DNA from: Nemertoderma westbladi
Lineage: Eukaryota > Animalia > Xenacoelomorpha
Direction: 5' to 3'
Length of the DNA: 64,000 nt
NCBI GenBank assembly: GCA_032718475.1
Contig: JAUCBJ010008427.1
Span: 1-64,000 of the forward strand
Each line of letters begins with the position of its first letter. Position 1 is the first letter of the stretch. A program made the position numbers and the translations under genes. A model generated the notes under the pieces. It had not been told where the DNA came from, ran no database searches, and saw nothing but the letters and a program-made list of their open reading frames with translations. Of this stretch, positions 12,151 through 24,116 are shown piece after piece.

Positions 12151-13805
12151 ATGGATCTAACAACCAACGAAAATGAGATCTCAGTATCCGACAATTCATT
12201 TGGGTTTTATTTCGACTCCTCCAACCAAAAGTTCCCACTCACTGTCAACACCTTTCGTAATCATCCTACTCGCATCCCTTCTCATTATGCTCATTTTATA
12301 ATGAGGGCCTGCTATCAGTTGGAAGACGGGGTTGGAAGACGAAACATTATACTGCCCAACAAATGATTGCCTCAAAGTGCAAAAGTCACAAGATATTGTA
12401 TCTTTCAATATTCCCACCATCAGAAACTTTTACAATTCCATCTTCTGTTTTTACCTTCATTCGTGACAACCTTAATCATGAAAGTTTTGAAAAAATATTG
12501 GGACCATCATCGTTGAAAGCTACATTTTCTGCTGATAACTCACTCTTCGATTTTCATGCAACTACAAAATCAATGTTTCTTCTAATTTGGAATTATAAAC
12601 CAACAATTAATCCAGAGAACAATCAAGAATGTAGGATATTCAAATTATTCGATATGGATATTATTACTTTGTGGGAGAAAATGAGTGAGCTAATTTGTAT
12701 ATATGACAAAAAAACCGAGTTACATTTTGGTTTTAATTTTAAAGTTGCTCAGTCATCAAACACTCAACCATCTACCTATACTGAAATTGTCAACCTTACA
12801 GATACCATCAATGGAGGGTGGCTACCTATCTCAGCTACAGCTATCGCTCTTCTTCAACACTATCTCGAAGTCTGTTGTCCATTCATCAACACACAAATAC
12901 ACTTTATTCTTCATCCTGGCAATTATGTTTCCTTCGATAGTTCAACATTTGGCTATATTACAAATCTTCAAAAAGAAAGGAATATTGCCATTGCCTCAGG
13001 AGTAGAAGTCGATGCTGGTAAAGCCATAATCTCACTACATGATTCGATATTACTAATCCCAGAAGAAGTAAACAAATTAACATTTGATGCAGATGAAGCA
13101 GATGAATTTGATGAATTAAGTGAGAAACGATTAATCTCTGAAAGAATTCAACTTCACTTTATGATGCTTTCGAATACTGTTGAAATCAGTGATAGGCTCT
13201 TGCATACTGCCTTCACTTTTGACAATGATGATCGAGCAACGGAAGCTTTGATACAACTACAAAATATGCTTCATGATGTTGCTACTTCAAAGGAAATAAC
13301 TCTTCCCAATCATCAATGCGTGGAATTGAGCAAATCACTAACGAGTTTCATTTACACCTTCAAGGGGACAAACTACGTTGGAATCTGGCCATACAAACAA
13401 AAAGATAATAAATTTAAAACAATATTGTTTACAAGTGGGATGAATATCAAATCAGATTTTTTCAAAAAGTTTCATGTAATGCGACAATCACCACCTCATC
13501 CTCAATGTTGCATTGCACCACATATTCATGTTCGTTATGCAAATGGCGAAACAATATTAACCAATTTGAAGTCCCACAACCAAGTTTTGCTTTCAGCAAA
13601 TTTTGGAGTTGAGCATTGCATCAATTTCCTCAAACAAAAATTAGACAACGCGGTTTATCTTCCCAACCAACATCATTTGAATCTGTTTCATCCTACTTCC
13701 CTCTCAACACCACCAAAAATGTCCAACATTTCTAAAGAAATGTATAAAAGAAAATTACCTACCATATGTCATAAAGACGAAAAGAAAATGAAACTAGATG
13801 ATTAA
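12151..13805 (+). CDS. Polinton accessory protein with a PC4/p15-like ssDNA-binding segment (probably one gene with a frameshift near 12363)
   Basis: The segment IYTFKGTNYVGIWPY...SGMNIKSDFFKKF resembles the PC4 pattern FkG..yvdIR.y...GIsL. The rest is unrecognised. The C-terminus is basic. Confidence 0.5.
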
Positions 13806-14227
13806 CTCTTTCATATTATTCATAATTATTTAACTCTTGCGTGTAAGGAAATAATTATCTGCTTTGTGTGACTTATATATCTTCAATGTTTATTTTGTTA
13901 TATGTCTCTTGTATATAAGGAATATTATATATCTGCTTTGTGTGACTTATTATATCTTCAATGTGTATTTTGTTATATAACTAACACATTTAATAATTAT
14001 TTTGTATAATATATTGATGATGTCGGCTATAAAAATTCAAAGTTTCCCTCATAATTTAAAAAAAAAAGGAAATTTTTTCCACTCAACTTTTTATAATATA
14101 TTTTTATATACTATATGACTAAATGATATTGACACACAACTATATATAAATACATCTACATGATTAAATATAATTAACATACACACACACACACATATAT
14201 ACATATTACATAATATATAAAATAACA

Positions 14228-14656
14228 TCATCTCTTTTTAGTCTTTCTTCTCAACCAGCATGCTAGTACTTTTTCATTATGCAACAACTCACTACTAAAT
14301 ATTTTCAATGGATTGACATTTTTTGGACGCTCACATAAATAATATAAGCAATATCCACCACAACTTGTATGAAAAGGATGCTGAATTATCTGACGTGTTC
14401 TTTCCCATACAATTGTATTACGAACCAACCAATCTTCAATTCTTGGAGTTGGATATTGAGCAAATGAATCAAAATATTCACCTTTACCATCACATACATA
14501 TATAGCTACCCAATGAGTTCCAGGCAAATGACTTGGTTGAATATTACTAATGAAGCTCATCTCTCTAGAATCTATCTGAGGAAGCTTATCCACTGGAAAA
14601 GATCCTCTATAATGATTACCAACAGGATAATCATTTAAATCATATGAGTTTAACAT
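14228..14656 (-). CDS. adenain-like (C5) maturation cysteine protease
   Basis: PGTHWVAIY, EYFDSF and QHPFHTSCGGYC give the His-Asp-Cys triad plus the oxyanion Gln. Confidence 0.92.
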   Translation of the reverse strand: MLNSYDLNDYPVGNHYRGSFPVDKLPQIDSREMSFISNIQPSHLPGTHWVAIYVCDGKGEYFDSFAQYPTPRIEDWLVRNTIVWERTRQIIQHPFHTSCGGYCLYYLCERPKNVNPLKIFSSELLHNEKVLACWLRRKTKKR

Positions 14657-14666
14657 TTCTTTTATT

Positions 14667-15931
14667 TTAAAAGATAGTTACATTACTGTCTTTACTTATA
14701 TTGAGACTCTTATCATATCCCATCCAGAGAATAATGTTTATTGTTGCTGGTAGTGCATTAGCAAATTGCAACTCTAATCTTGCATTGCCAACATGTCTAG
14801 GTAAGAAATCATCACTATCTAAGTAACCATCTGGAGCAAGGTTCCAAATAAAGAAAGGGTACATATCACGGAAGCTAGTAGGAGTAATTGTGTTACTAGT
14901 GCCTCGTATGATAGAAGTAAGGTTATTCTGACTAGTGAAGTATTCATTTATATATTGATTGGCACCAAAATTTGGTTTATAAGTGACACCACTAAGAACT
15001 TTTCCATCCAATGTTATTTGTAAAAAATTTACATCAAAATGCTGAAATGCCATTGAATTACGTCCATATATACCATTATATGCATCATTACGAATCATTC
15101 CCAAAATAATAAATCTCGGAGTATTGTTGCCAGCAAATATGTTTTCACGTACATGTGATCTCTGACCATTACCAACTGTAAAAGTTGTAACTTCATTTTG
15201 TATGAATGGATATATAAAATCTTCCCTCTGTAGAAGATCAACATGTTCTTTCATGAGACTATCTTCTATTTTTATTCGTTTTGTTTTTAAGACAGCTTTT
15301 GTAATATTTACTCTACCTCCTTCAATATCATCTCCACAAGTTAAACTAAAGTTATCAGGTGCTCTTGTTAAAGTAATTCTAACACTTGTTCTTGGTGGCA
15401 GTACTTTTATTTGATCAAAGATATCAATAAATAATAATCCTTGTACTTGATATTGTGATCTTTTCAACGCTTCAGGTTATTTTAAATAGCATTTTCAAAA
15501 ACAATAGGAACTCCATTTGCAGTTTGCTCTGCATATCCAGCTGCCGTAAGTATTGTTTCTTTAGTATTTCTATCATTAACTAAAACAGCCTTTAAAAATG
15601 CTTTGTAAGCATAGTTTGAGGTACTGGGTTCAACCTGACGTTCATTAATCAATACATTAATATTAGAGAATAATGTTGATAAGGTTAATGGTGTTATTGA
15701 AACCACACCATTATTTGGTCGAGCTGTAGTTGATACTTCATAGACTAATTGTAGAGTTGTATCACCTCCTACAGTATAATATTAATCTGATTTTTCAATT
15801 ACAAAATCGATTACACTAGTTCCAATTCCAAGTGTTGTTATTGGATATACTTCATGTTCAAAACTTTCATTAATAATACTCTGTGTAGTAAAGTTGCTAA
15901 ATAAATTTAATTCATCTATTGTTTCACTCAT
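14667..15931 (-). pseudogene. Polinton major capsid protein (double jelly-roll), disrupted
   Basis: Starts MSETIDELNLFSNFTTQSI. Also LFSNINVLIN, NYAYKAFL, DIFDQIKVLP, FQHFDVN, GNARLELQFANAL. Stops and frameshifts in the 5' half. Confidence 0.88.
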
Positions 15932-16102
15932 TGTTATAGATTTTAACAAAATTAACTAAAAATATCATCACAATCGTGTCTTTGACCTTTGGTAACCTTT
16001 CTCCTTTGATATTTATTAACCTTTATCCTTTTCCTTTTTTGTGGTTCGTTTATTGATACATTTGCATTAAGAACCTCACAAATTATTTTATTTGCTACAC
16101 GT

Positions 16103-16528
16103 CTAGTTGTTAGTTTGGTTTTTTTTAGCAATTTGTTGCATAGTTTGTTTAACTATTTTTCTACTTGATTTTTTGAGTAATGGTACTCCTTTACGAAGAG
16201 CCGCTCGTGCAACAGGTTTAGCAATTTTTGGAATGATTTTTGCTGCCATTTTTACAATATTTCCAAATAATCCACGACCACGCTGCCCATACCTAGCATA
16301 GATAGTTCGTGTATTCAAACGTCGACTTCTTAAACCACCTCGAAAATAAGGGAGACTTCCACTACTATTTCCCCGTCCTCTTCCATCTTGTTTATAGTGC
16401 ATTAGAAGGCGATATGGTGTGGTTTGACCAATTCTTCTTTTTCCTAAAGGATCAGTAGGATCAGGATATGAACCACCCTTAACTAAGTAATTATCAACGC
16501 TTGACATTCTTTTGATTAAAAATATCAA
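16103..16528 (-). CDS. small basic virion core/membrane-lytic protein (adenovirus pX/pVI-like)
   Basis: Adenain-type Gly motifs (FRGGL, QRGRG) followed by an amphipathic helix LFGNIVKMAAKIIPKIAK. Lies next to the MCP. Confidence 0.65.
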   Translation of the reverse strand: MIFLIKRMSSVDNYLVKGGSYPDPTDPLGKRRIGQTTPYRLLMHYKQDGRGRGNSSGSLPYFRGGLRSRRLNTRTIYARYGQRGRGLFGNIVKMAAKIIPKIAKPVARAALRKGVPLLKKSSRKIVKQTMQQIAKKNQTNN

Positions 16529-16573
16529 TTAGTAATATAAAATGAAGAAACAATGATTTGTTTTAGTCAACGT

Positions 16574-17369
16574 TTATTGATGCTTTAATAATAATAAAGT
16601 AACAACTACAGTCCCAGAATTAAGGTCTATCAAATTTCCATCATCATCTTTTAACTGAATGTTTATTATTTCAATGTTTTGCATATCAACAGGCTTATAA
16701 TTTATGTTGTTGAATTCACGATGAACCAAAGACCCATAGTCACCTTCATATGGAATTGTTCTCAATAATGGCTTCAATTGATGTCCTACTATAACATTTG
16801 CACTTATATTGGAATAAATATTAATATTACCACTAAAGAAATCACAAGCTTTTTGAATGAAAAAAGTATCTTCATCGAGCATCATAGAACGGTTTATTTG
16901 CAAATATCCATTTTGTTTAATAACTTGGAAGCGTTTTTTTACTAAAGTAATTTTCTTCTTCCAACCCCAACAAACCTGGCATTCGAATCAATTTATCACT
17001 ATGAAAACATCTACGTTTGATTTTTTTCAAAAAGTGAAGCGAAATAGTATTATATATTGTATTAAATTGAATTTTTACTCTCATATCTAAACCACTCGCA
17101 TTCAATTGTTCAATCAAGGTTTCTATATTGTCATAGCAACTGGCAGGTAATATATATCTCTTTATTTTTCCACGAACTCCTTGTGTAGTAATTAGAGTAT
17201 CATTAATATTATACATTGAAGCCAAGTAAGTAATTTCTGATAATCCCACCATCCACATCCCACTCAAACGTAATGGTTGTGATAATTCTACATTAAAATT
17301 TGATGGTTTATTCTGTGGAAATCTTTCAGGTGATGAATTAGAAGGTAAATATAAAACAGTTTGCTGCAT
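16574..17369 (-). pseudogene. minor capsid protein (penton) 2, frameshifted
   Basis: LPSNSS..FPQNKPSNFNVEL..PLRL.G.WMVGLSEI at the N-end. VGHQLKPLLRTI, YKPV and INIQLKDDDG at the C-end. Confidence 0.85.
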
Positions 17370-18463
17370 TATTATTTCTTTTTTTGACGTAAGTGTAAGG
17401 TGATTAGAGTGAATCCTGCATTAAATAGCAAAAGTTCTCCTTTTTCGTTTCGTATCTCAACTGCTATTTGATTAATAATATTGTTTGCTATAGGTCTATA
17501 ATAAACTTTCCTAAAATCACTTGAGATAATCTTATTTTGCTGAAGTGTGATAGGTAATGTACGTAATAATGGCGCTGTTGTATTACCAACAATTGTATGA
17601 GATGTTATATCACTATAAATGAATAAATTTTTGTCTTCCTCTTACCAAATCACATGAAAATGGACTAATTTTAGAAAAATCTTTACGTTGATTAGGTTTC
17701 TGCTTAAGTGATAAGTTATCTGTCTTTCCTATAGCAATGTTCCAATATTGATGCCACTCAACCTCTATATTATCATTCATAAATCCATCAAAGCCTAATA
17801 TAGTTTTCAAATCTCCAGTTATCTCAAATGAAAAATTCTTTGAACAAGTTAGTTTAATTTTATTTGAAAATTTTATATATTTTGTATTTATTGTTGTTTG
17901 AGAGTAACCTAAAGCTTCAAATGTTTCATTAATTTTTTGAACGATTGCTTCCATTCTTGAGTATAATCCTGGAGTAAAAAGAACAACATTTCGAGAACCA
18001 TTTTGATAGTAGAATATAAGATAAGATAAGATAAGATAAGATAATTCTTTTATTCACAAATACTTCTAAGCCTTATTAGGGCTACGAAGGCAGTATACGC
18101 AATACATAGTACACGATACTGATAATTTAGGTGAATAAGCGTCTATAATCAAACAGCTGTCTTAGACAGACTGACTTACCTACGGTAGACCGCCTCGCCC
18201 TACATAAAGTATTAAAGGATTTTAATATACAGTAGATATTGCACAGAAAACATATTAATTTACCCATGCCTACTGTATGCTATACACAACACATACAGCG
18301 CATATACATACAGACAGCACATACACACACACATACATACAGTATTCTAATATACACACATATACAATAAAGGTACTACACAGAGCCGGGCTGCTATATA
18401 TATTATTGAAATCACAAAAAAGGTATAACAAATAAAATTCAATTAACAAAAAGAATTAAAGAT

Positions 18464-20990
18464 CTATGTAATTTCCCCCCTGTTATACCTAGTTAATAAG
18501 TGTTTGTGTAGTTTAAATTTGTATGTTTGGAATTTTTTTATTTTGCGTATTGATATAGGCAGGGCATTCCATTGTTTTATTAGGTATGTACTAATATTGT
18601 AGTGGCCCTGTGTACTTGTTGTGCGTGGAAGTTTCAGATTGTATGTTCTAGAATTTAATTGCGTATTGTTACGTTTTAAATACGGTAGCTCTAGGAGTTT
18701 GAATGGTTTGCTTAAGTTATATATGTATCTAAATAAGAAAATTAGGCCGAAGAAGCTCCTATATTGAGAAAGTGTAGGTATTTTTGCCCTTTCTCGAAGT
18801 TCTGTCCCAGTAGAATCCCTTATTTTTTTACCAAAAATTGTTCTCAAAGCCATATTTTGTATTTTTTCGTATTTGTATAATAACTTTTTGTAACCATGTC
18901 GATTGTGGAGTGAGGTTAATAACATACAGCAGTAGTGGTGATGTGGCAAGACAAGCGATTTATATATATTGATTTTAGTTGAATTGGGTAGTTGGCCTTT
19001 TATTTTTCGAATACAAGACAGTGCAATTGCCATTTTTTGAAGAGATTTTTCGATTTGTTCTTTCCAATTAAGGTATTTATTTATTAAGGGGGGGGTACCC
19101 CCCCTTAATACCCTATATTTTCATGGCCATTACTACTACTTTGAATGTAACTATGTATCTTTTGTGGGGTTCGAGCAACCACAGGGAGGTCAAATAATGA
19201 TCATAACCAAAATATTTGTAATTTTACGTCGCCCTCTAGCGGGCAGGTGCGCAAATGCAAAATTCACTTAAAACGCTACTCTACCGTCAGTTTTCGTCCA
19301 AATTTGGTGAAATTAACACTATTTTCCTCAGGACGGTTCTGCACATGAAACATACTTGGCAGAAAATAAAATTTCGATTTAATTTTCATTTTATAATTAG
19401 AAATATTATTTTTCACTTAAAAATATGGGTTTTATCATGAAAAATGCCACATTGGAGCAGTTAGGAATAAAAATTAAAAAATGTGGCAAGTATGTTTTAT
19501 TACTGACAGCACCAATGTATAAAAAAATTATGAAAATTGGTTCAAAAATGGCGGAGGAGTAGTATTTTGAAAAATGGAAATATCGTGAAATGTAATTCCG
19601 AGATAATTTGCTTTAAAATTTGAACCTTCCCGCTCAAACCTGACTGTCTGTAGTCTGTTAACGGTCAGTAATGTTTGACACTATGTCGTCATACCAACTC
19701 ACTAAAATTATCAATATGGGGGTTTTCGGGGTCGGTGATTTCATTTCTGATGTCTGTTTTAATGTTTGGTGGTATCTAATATGTCTGTCTGACAGCATGT
19801 CTGTCTGTCTGTCTCCTAAATTTTGACGGACAAACTGAAAGACGGAAAGACAGCGATAACTCGAGAACTAAAAAAGATCCCGCCAAACTGTTTCAAGATT
19901 TGAACTCCCCATTAAATTCTGCATCAGATGAAATAGAAAACCCAAAATGTGAAAATTTGACCCAAGGAGGGGGTACCCCCCCCCCCCCCTTAATACACCC
20001 AGATATTTTACTGTAGTGCTTTGTTCTATGGGAGGTGCATTGTCAATATTTAGTTTAATGTTATTAGTCTGTTCGTTGGGTTTTCGAGGTGATAGTAGTA
20101 AGTATTCTGTTTTTTCTGGGTTTAATTTCATCCTATTAGTGTTATAAATTGTCGACATTTTATTGATATTTACACTTAATAAATGGGTTGCTACATGTGG
20201 ATCCTTAGCCGTCGTATATATTACAGTATCGTCAGCATATAAAATAATATTAGCAGAGTGTGATAGGTAGTTGGGGAAGTCGTTGGTGTATAAGGAGAAG
20301 AGTAAGGGGCCACATAGAGTCCCTTGGGGGATTCCTCGTTGTTCTCTCGCCCATGGGGAAGTTATGTTGTCTATTTTAACTTGTTGAACCCTATTGTATA
20401 GATAACTTTCTATAAGTTTAAGAGCAGTTGGATGAAAACCTAGTTGTGATAATTTGCCAAGTAATGTCTGGTATGGTAGTCTACCGAATTAAATGCTTTA
20501 CTTAAGTCAAGAAAAGCAACAGCTACATAGTTGTTTGAGTCTAGCTCAGCTCGCCAACATTCGCTTAAATATAAAATTGCATCCTGTGTAGAATACCCAG
20601 CCCTAAACCCAAATTGGTGTGGGAATAGCAATTTGTTTTTTCTAATGTAGCTTTGCATTTGTAACGAGAGTATTTTTTCAAACACCTTTGCTAAAGGATT
20701 AATAACAGAAATTGGTCTGTAGTTTGTGGGATCGAGTTTATCATCTTTTTTGTAAATTGGAGTTACCACGGCTTTTTTAAATCTTTCTGGGAAATATGAT
20801 TTGGTTAGACAGCTATTAAAAATGTGGGTCAGTTGTATATAAATTTTTGGATTGGTTAATTTCAGTATTTTGATCGGAATAGGGGAGGGCCCGCTTGGTT
20901 TATTTTGATTTAAATTTTTGATGATGTCCATTGTTAAAAATGGTGAAATGTTGGCGAAGGCAAAGTTTGCTTCTAGATTTAGATTGTTAG
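18464..20990 (-). pseudogene. LINE ORF2 reverse transcriptase and C-terminal domain, frameshifted and interrupted
   Basis: NYRPISVI, QFGFR, FLDLSKAF, GIPQGTLCGP, YADD, KTEYL, KYLGV and QWNALP motifs. Confidence 0.9.
19088..19989. mobile_element. non-autonomous TTAA-TSD DNA transposon (Kolobok-like)
   Basis: TTAA at 19084-19087 and 19990-19993, TIR G8-TACCCCC. Removing it restores the RT sequence KYLGVLINKYLNWKEQI. Confidence 0.85.
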
Positions 20991-21833
20991 TGTTCCTATT
21001 TGTCTCTGTTGTGTTATTGGATATGTTAAAAAATACTTAACAAGAGTTAGCAACCAAATATGTTTGAATGGATATATTGTTTTGTAGTAAAATATTGTAA
21101 TGTGTATATAAAGCGTTTGGAATGCTATTTGAAAAATAACACCATTAGTAAATTTTATGTCATACTGCATTATCAGGTACTGCGGTATAATTACCATAAA
21201 TAGCAGCCCGACTAACCAAAGCAATCCAAATTCATATCCCATATATGTTGGAATATTTCCTCGGTATTTGAGTCTAAATTTTTGGAATATCGTTATTAGC
21301 ACAATTTTTTTATTGGTAAATTGTTTTTGTAATAATATTCCTGCAAATACAACTACTAAAGTCGAGAGTTGAGTGAAAATTGTAAGTACTGGCACAGATA
21401 AAATATTCCAACAACATATAAAGGTTTTTATCATTATATTGCACAATATTTCTCTAGAAATTGTACTAATGTTAGAATAGTGGTCATAACCTAGGTCGTT
21501 TAATTTATTGAGATTGTTTATTAATTGCACGAAAAGTATATTTGTAGTTTTATTTTCATATGTATGTACGGGTAGACATGGGTTCATTGGCGGTGTACCA
21601 GGTAGGATAGGTAGAAAATATATACAATAATTTATAACAATGTATATCAATAAGATAGTGACGCTTGAATTAAATTTATGTAATATATTAAAAACCATTT
21701 TTAATAAGATAAAATATTTGTTGGGTGTGGTTAAAAAACTTACACCTGTAATGCAGACCACTAAAGTTAGACATACGCCCAGTAGTAATTCTATTTTATT
21801 GTACAATTGTACATCGACTGACAAAACTGACAA
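20979..21833 (-). CDS. hydrophobic, putatively multi-pass membrane ORF at the position of the missing APE endonuclease
   Basis: 284 stop-free codons in very AT-rich DNA, with several long hydrophobic stretches and no APE motifs. It ends one frameshift away from the RT frame. Confidence 0.5.
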   Translation of the reverse strand: MSVLSVDVQLYNKIELLLGVCLTLVVCITGVSFLTTPNKYFILLKMVFNILHKFNSSVTILLIYIVINYCIYFLPILPGTPPMNPCLPVHTYENKTTNILFVQLINNLNKLNDLGYDHYSNISTISREILCNIMIKTFICCWNILSVPVLTIFTQLSTLVVVFAGILLQKQFTNKKIVLITIFQKFRLKYRGNIPTYMGYEFGLLWLVGLLFMVIIPQYLIMQYDIKFTNGVIFQIAFQTLYIHITIFYYKTIYPFKHIWLLTLVKYFLTYPITQQRQIGTLTI

Positions 21834-21930
21834 AAATACAATTATATCTTTTATAAAAATGAATGTAATTAATTAAGTCATTTAGAGGTGGTTATTATAT
21901 TGTATGACTCTACTGTCATCCCCTAATATA

Positions 21931-23697
21931 TTAATACTGGGCTTTGGATTCGCCTATCGCTCTCATTAGATCTATAACAGCGTTGAACACCCTTCCTCCT
22001 TCACCGTGATTCGCCCACCCATCGAAACCCTTACCGGTAGTGGTGTGCGGTATGTTAGTACCGCCACGTCCTGATACTTCTCTATAACTAGAGCGGTGTG
22101 CGTCCAGATTATCTACTGACTGGGGTATCCAGCTCGATTTCGGCTGTAGGGTTGGAGTAGGGTTAGTAGGTTGGTGTTCTCTATAGGACCCCGGTTGCGG
22201 CCAGTAATAGGCCCTGTGGGTCCGGATCAATGGCCGTTCAGATGGTTGACTTGGATGTTGAATATTGTTGTTATTAAAGCGCGCTCCCATTGGGTCCCGG
22301 GGTTGTGACTTTCCAAATAACGCACGTTTAATATTGCTAACATATAGACCCATAGCGTTATGAGAAAGGTGTTTATCATCGTATAGATGTATCGTGGTAA
22401 TGTTAGCATGATGAACGAAGGTTATATCTAAATCTCTACAAACTTTGCTAATTTCGTTGTTAATTGGGGTAAAGCTTTTGTCCGCTCGCGCAATAAGTGC
22501 AGATAAACAGATGTTCGCATCCGGCCATTTCTGATTAATGGCTTTGACGCTCTCCTTCAGATTTCTCGTGAGTTCTACTGGGTTGCGATATTGACTAGCG
22601 CTATCAACATCATTAGTTCCTGTCTGTATATATACGTGCTCTATATTATTATATATACTCGAAGCTGCTTGTATATTTTCTAACAATATTTGTGACGTTT
22701 GTGTTGGTACCATTTTAGCGAATCGGTTTATTTTGCGTGGGTAGACAAACTTCCTATTGCTATCCATAAATAGCAGTGTCGAGATTTCTTCAGTAGAACG
22801 CCTTCCATTGTCGACCTTGGTGAATTTGTTTGGTGCCGCTATGGGCGCACCTCTTTCAGGAGTAATTTCGTTCAGGCTATTACATTGTAAGCCCACCGAA
22901 GTTGTTGTTTCAGTGTTACGTGGCAATACCGTATTATCAGCCGTATTTCCACTGTCACCAGTCAACAATGATGAGTTGTCCGGAAGAAGGACTGGTGATT
23001 CGTTTAGGCCCCTACCGATTACTGATAGTGAGGATGTCTCATTCTGAGTTGAGCTGAGTACCGGTAATGGAAACGATTGAGAATCCTCAGTCAGACCCTG
23101 GCCCTGCCTGATAGATATCCGCGGGGTTGGGGGGTTGGCGTTTGTATTAGTTCCCTCGTTAGATAGTTGTCCCATTAACTCGGTCCCCTTTCCAGAAGAG
23201 TAGTGTGTGAGGAGTATTATCTGTTCTTCAAGTACCTTTATTCGCTTAAGATCCTGTTCGCGTATAGTAAAAAGTGTTTTTAACGAATCCTCGAGGTATA
23301 GCAATCGGTTGATTATCGTTTCCCTGGCAACATCCGGAGTGTCTGCAGATTCGGTAATTATAGTTGGATCCGGATTAGAATTAGTAACGCCTACATGAAA
23401 GTTTTTGGGTCCATCACCGTTATCTTCATTAGTTGAGATCTCTGAGCAGGAAGACCATGAGCTGTCATCATCTGTGAGCGTGTTGTCATTGGTGTTGGTG
23501 TATCCATTTTCTTCAAATTGTTTATTGAGTCGTATAATTAATGAGGATCGAGATCCTGTAATCGATAGATTAAGGAACTGCAGTTTCTTTCTCAGTTTTT
23601 TATTGCTCCAAGCTCCTAAGTCGGGTAGATCTAGTAGTCGGCTAGACTCCATCAGAAGAAATTGTATTTGTAAGTACCGGTTTGGGCAGTTGGGCAC
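21931..23697 (-). CDS. LINE ORF1: SAP domain, coiled coil, SGNH esterase
   Basis: SAP-like WSNKKLRKKLQFLNLSITGSRSSLIIRL. Esterase blocks FMDSN, QTGTNDV and DDKHLS. Confidence 0.82.
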   Translation of the reverse strand: MPNCPNRYLQIQFLLMESSRLLDLPDLGAWSNKKLRKKLQFLNLSITGSRSSLIIRLNKQFEENGYTNTNDNTLTDDDSSWSSCSEISTNEDNGDGPKNFHVGVTNSNPDPTIITESADTPDVARETIINRLLYLEDSLKTLFTIREQDLKRIKVLEEQIILLTHYSSGKGTELMGQLSNEGTNTNANPPTPRISIRQGQGLTEDSQSFPLPVLSSTQNETSSLSVIGRGLNESPVLLPDNSSLLTGDSGNTADNTVLPRNTETTTSVGLQCNSLNEITPERGAPIAAPNKFTKVDNGRRSTEEISTLLFMDSNRKFVYPRKINRFAKMVPTQTSQILLENIQAASSIYNNIEHVYIQTGTNDVDSASQYRNPVELTRNLKESVKAINQKWPDANICLSALIARADKSFTPINNEISKVCRDLDITFVHHANITTIHLYDDKHLSHNAMGLYVSNIKRALFGKSQPRDPMGARFNNNNIQHPSQPSERPLIRTHRAYYWPQPGSYREHQPTNPTPTLQPKSSWIPQSVDNLDAHRSSYREVSGRGGTNIPHTTTGKGFDGWANHGEGGRVFNAVIDLMRAIGESKAQY

Positions 23698-24116
23698 AGC
23701 CTGGCCCTTACTCTACTGTGAAAACAGTCAAACGTCGGGGACAACACTCAAAATGTCCGGACAACACTCAAAATCATGAATTCAGTATTCTGCTAAATAT
23801 TTAGCTACCGGTATTGTACCGCTACTGGTATACTGGATTTCAAAAACTAAACTGTGATATTTGCTCAATGTTATAATATGAAGAAGAATATTGAATTTCA
23901 GATAAACCAACTTCTACATCTGATGACAAATATAATATATATGGAAGCTCAACTATAAATGAACTAATGAATTATTGGGGAACCTCGAAGTTGGACCATT
24001 AGAAAATAATGTAATATAACTATTCATTTTTGGTAATTATATTCATAAAGATTATTATTATAACTCGTTTATAACCGATACAATTGTATGCAAATTAAGT
24101 TAAATTTAATCATAAC

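Larger units (their letters stand above)
18019..23855 (-). mobile_element. CR1/L2-group LINE with a (CTTAT)n tail inserted in penton 1
   Basis: ORF1, RT remnants, and AATAAA followed by (CTTAT)n at 18019-18053. The boundaries are defined by restoration of the penton frame. Confidence 0.88.
17372..24027 (-). pseudogene. minor capsid protein (penton) 1, split by a LINE insertion
   Basis: The N-part 24027-23856 (MNSYITLFSN...VEVGLSEIQY...EQI) rejoins in frame with 18018 downward (SIFYYQNG...PGLYSRMEAIV...VGNTTAPLLRTL...YRPI). Confidence 0.8.
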
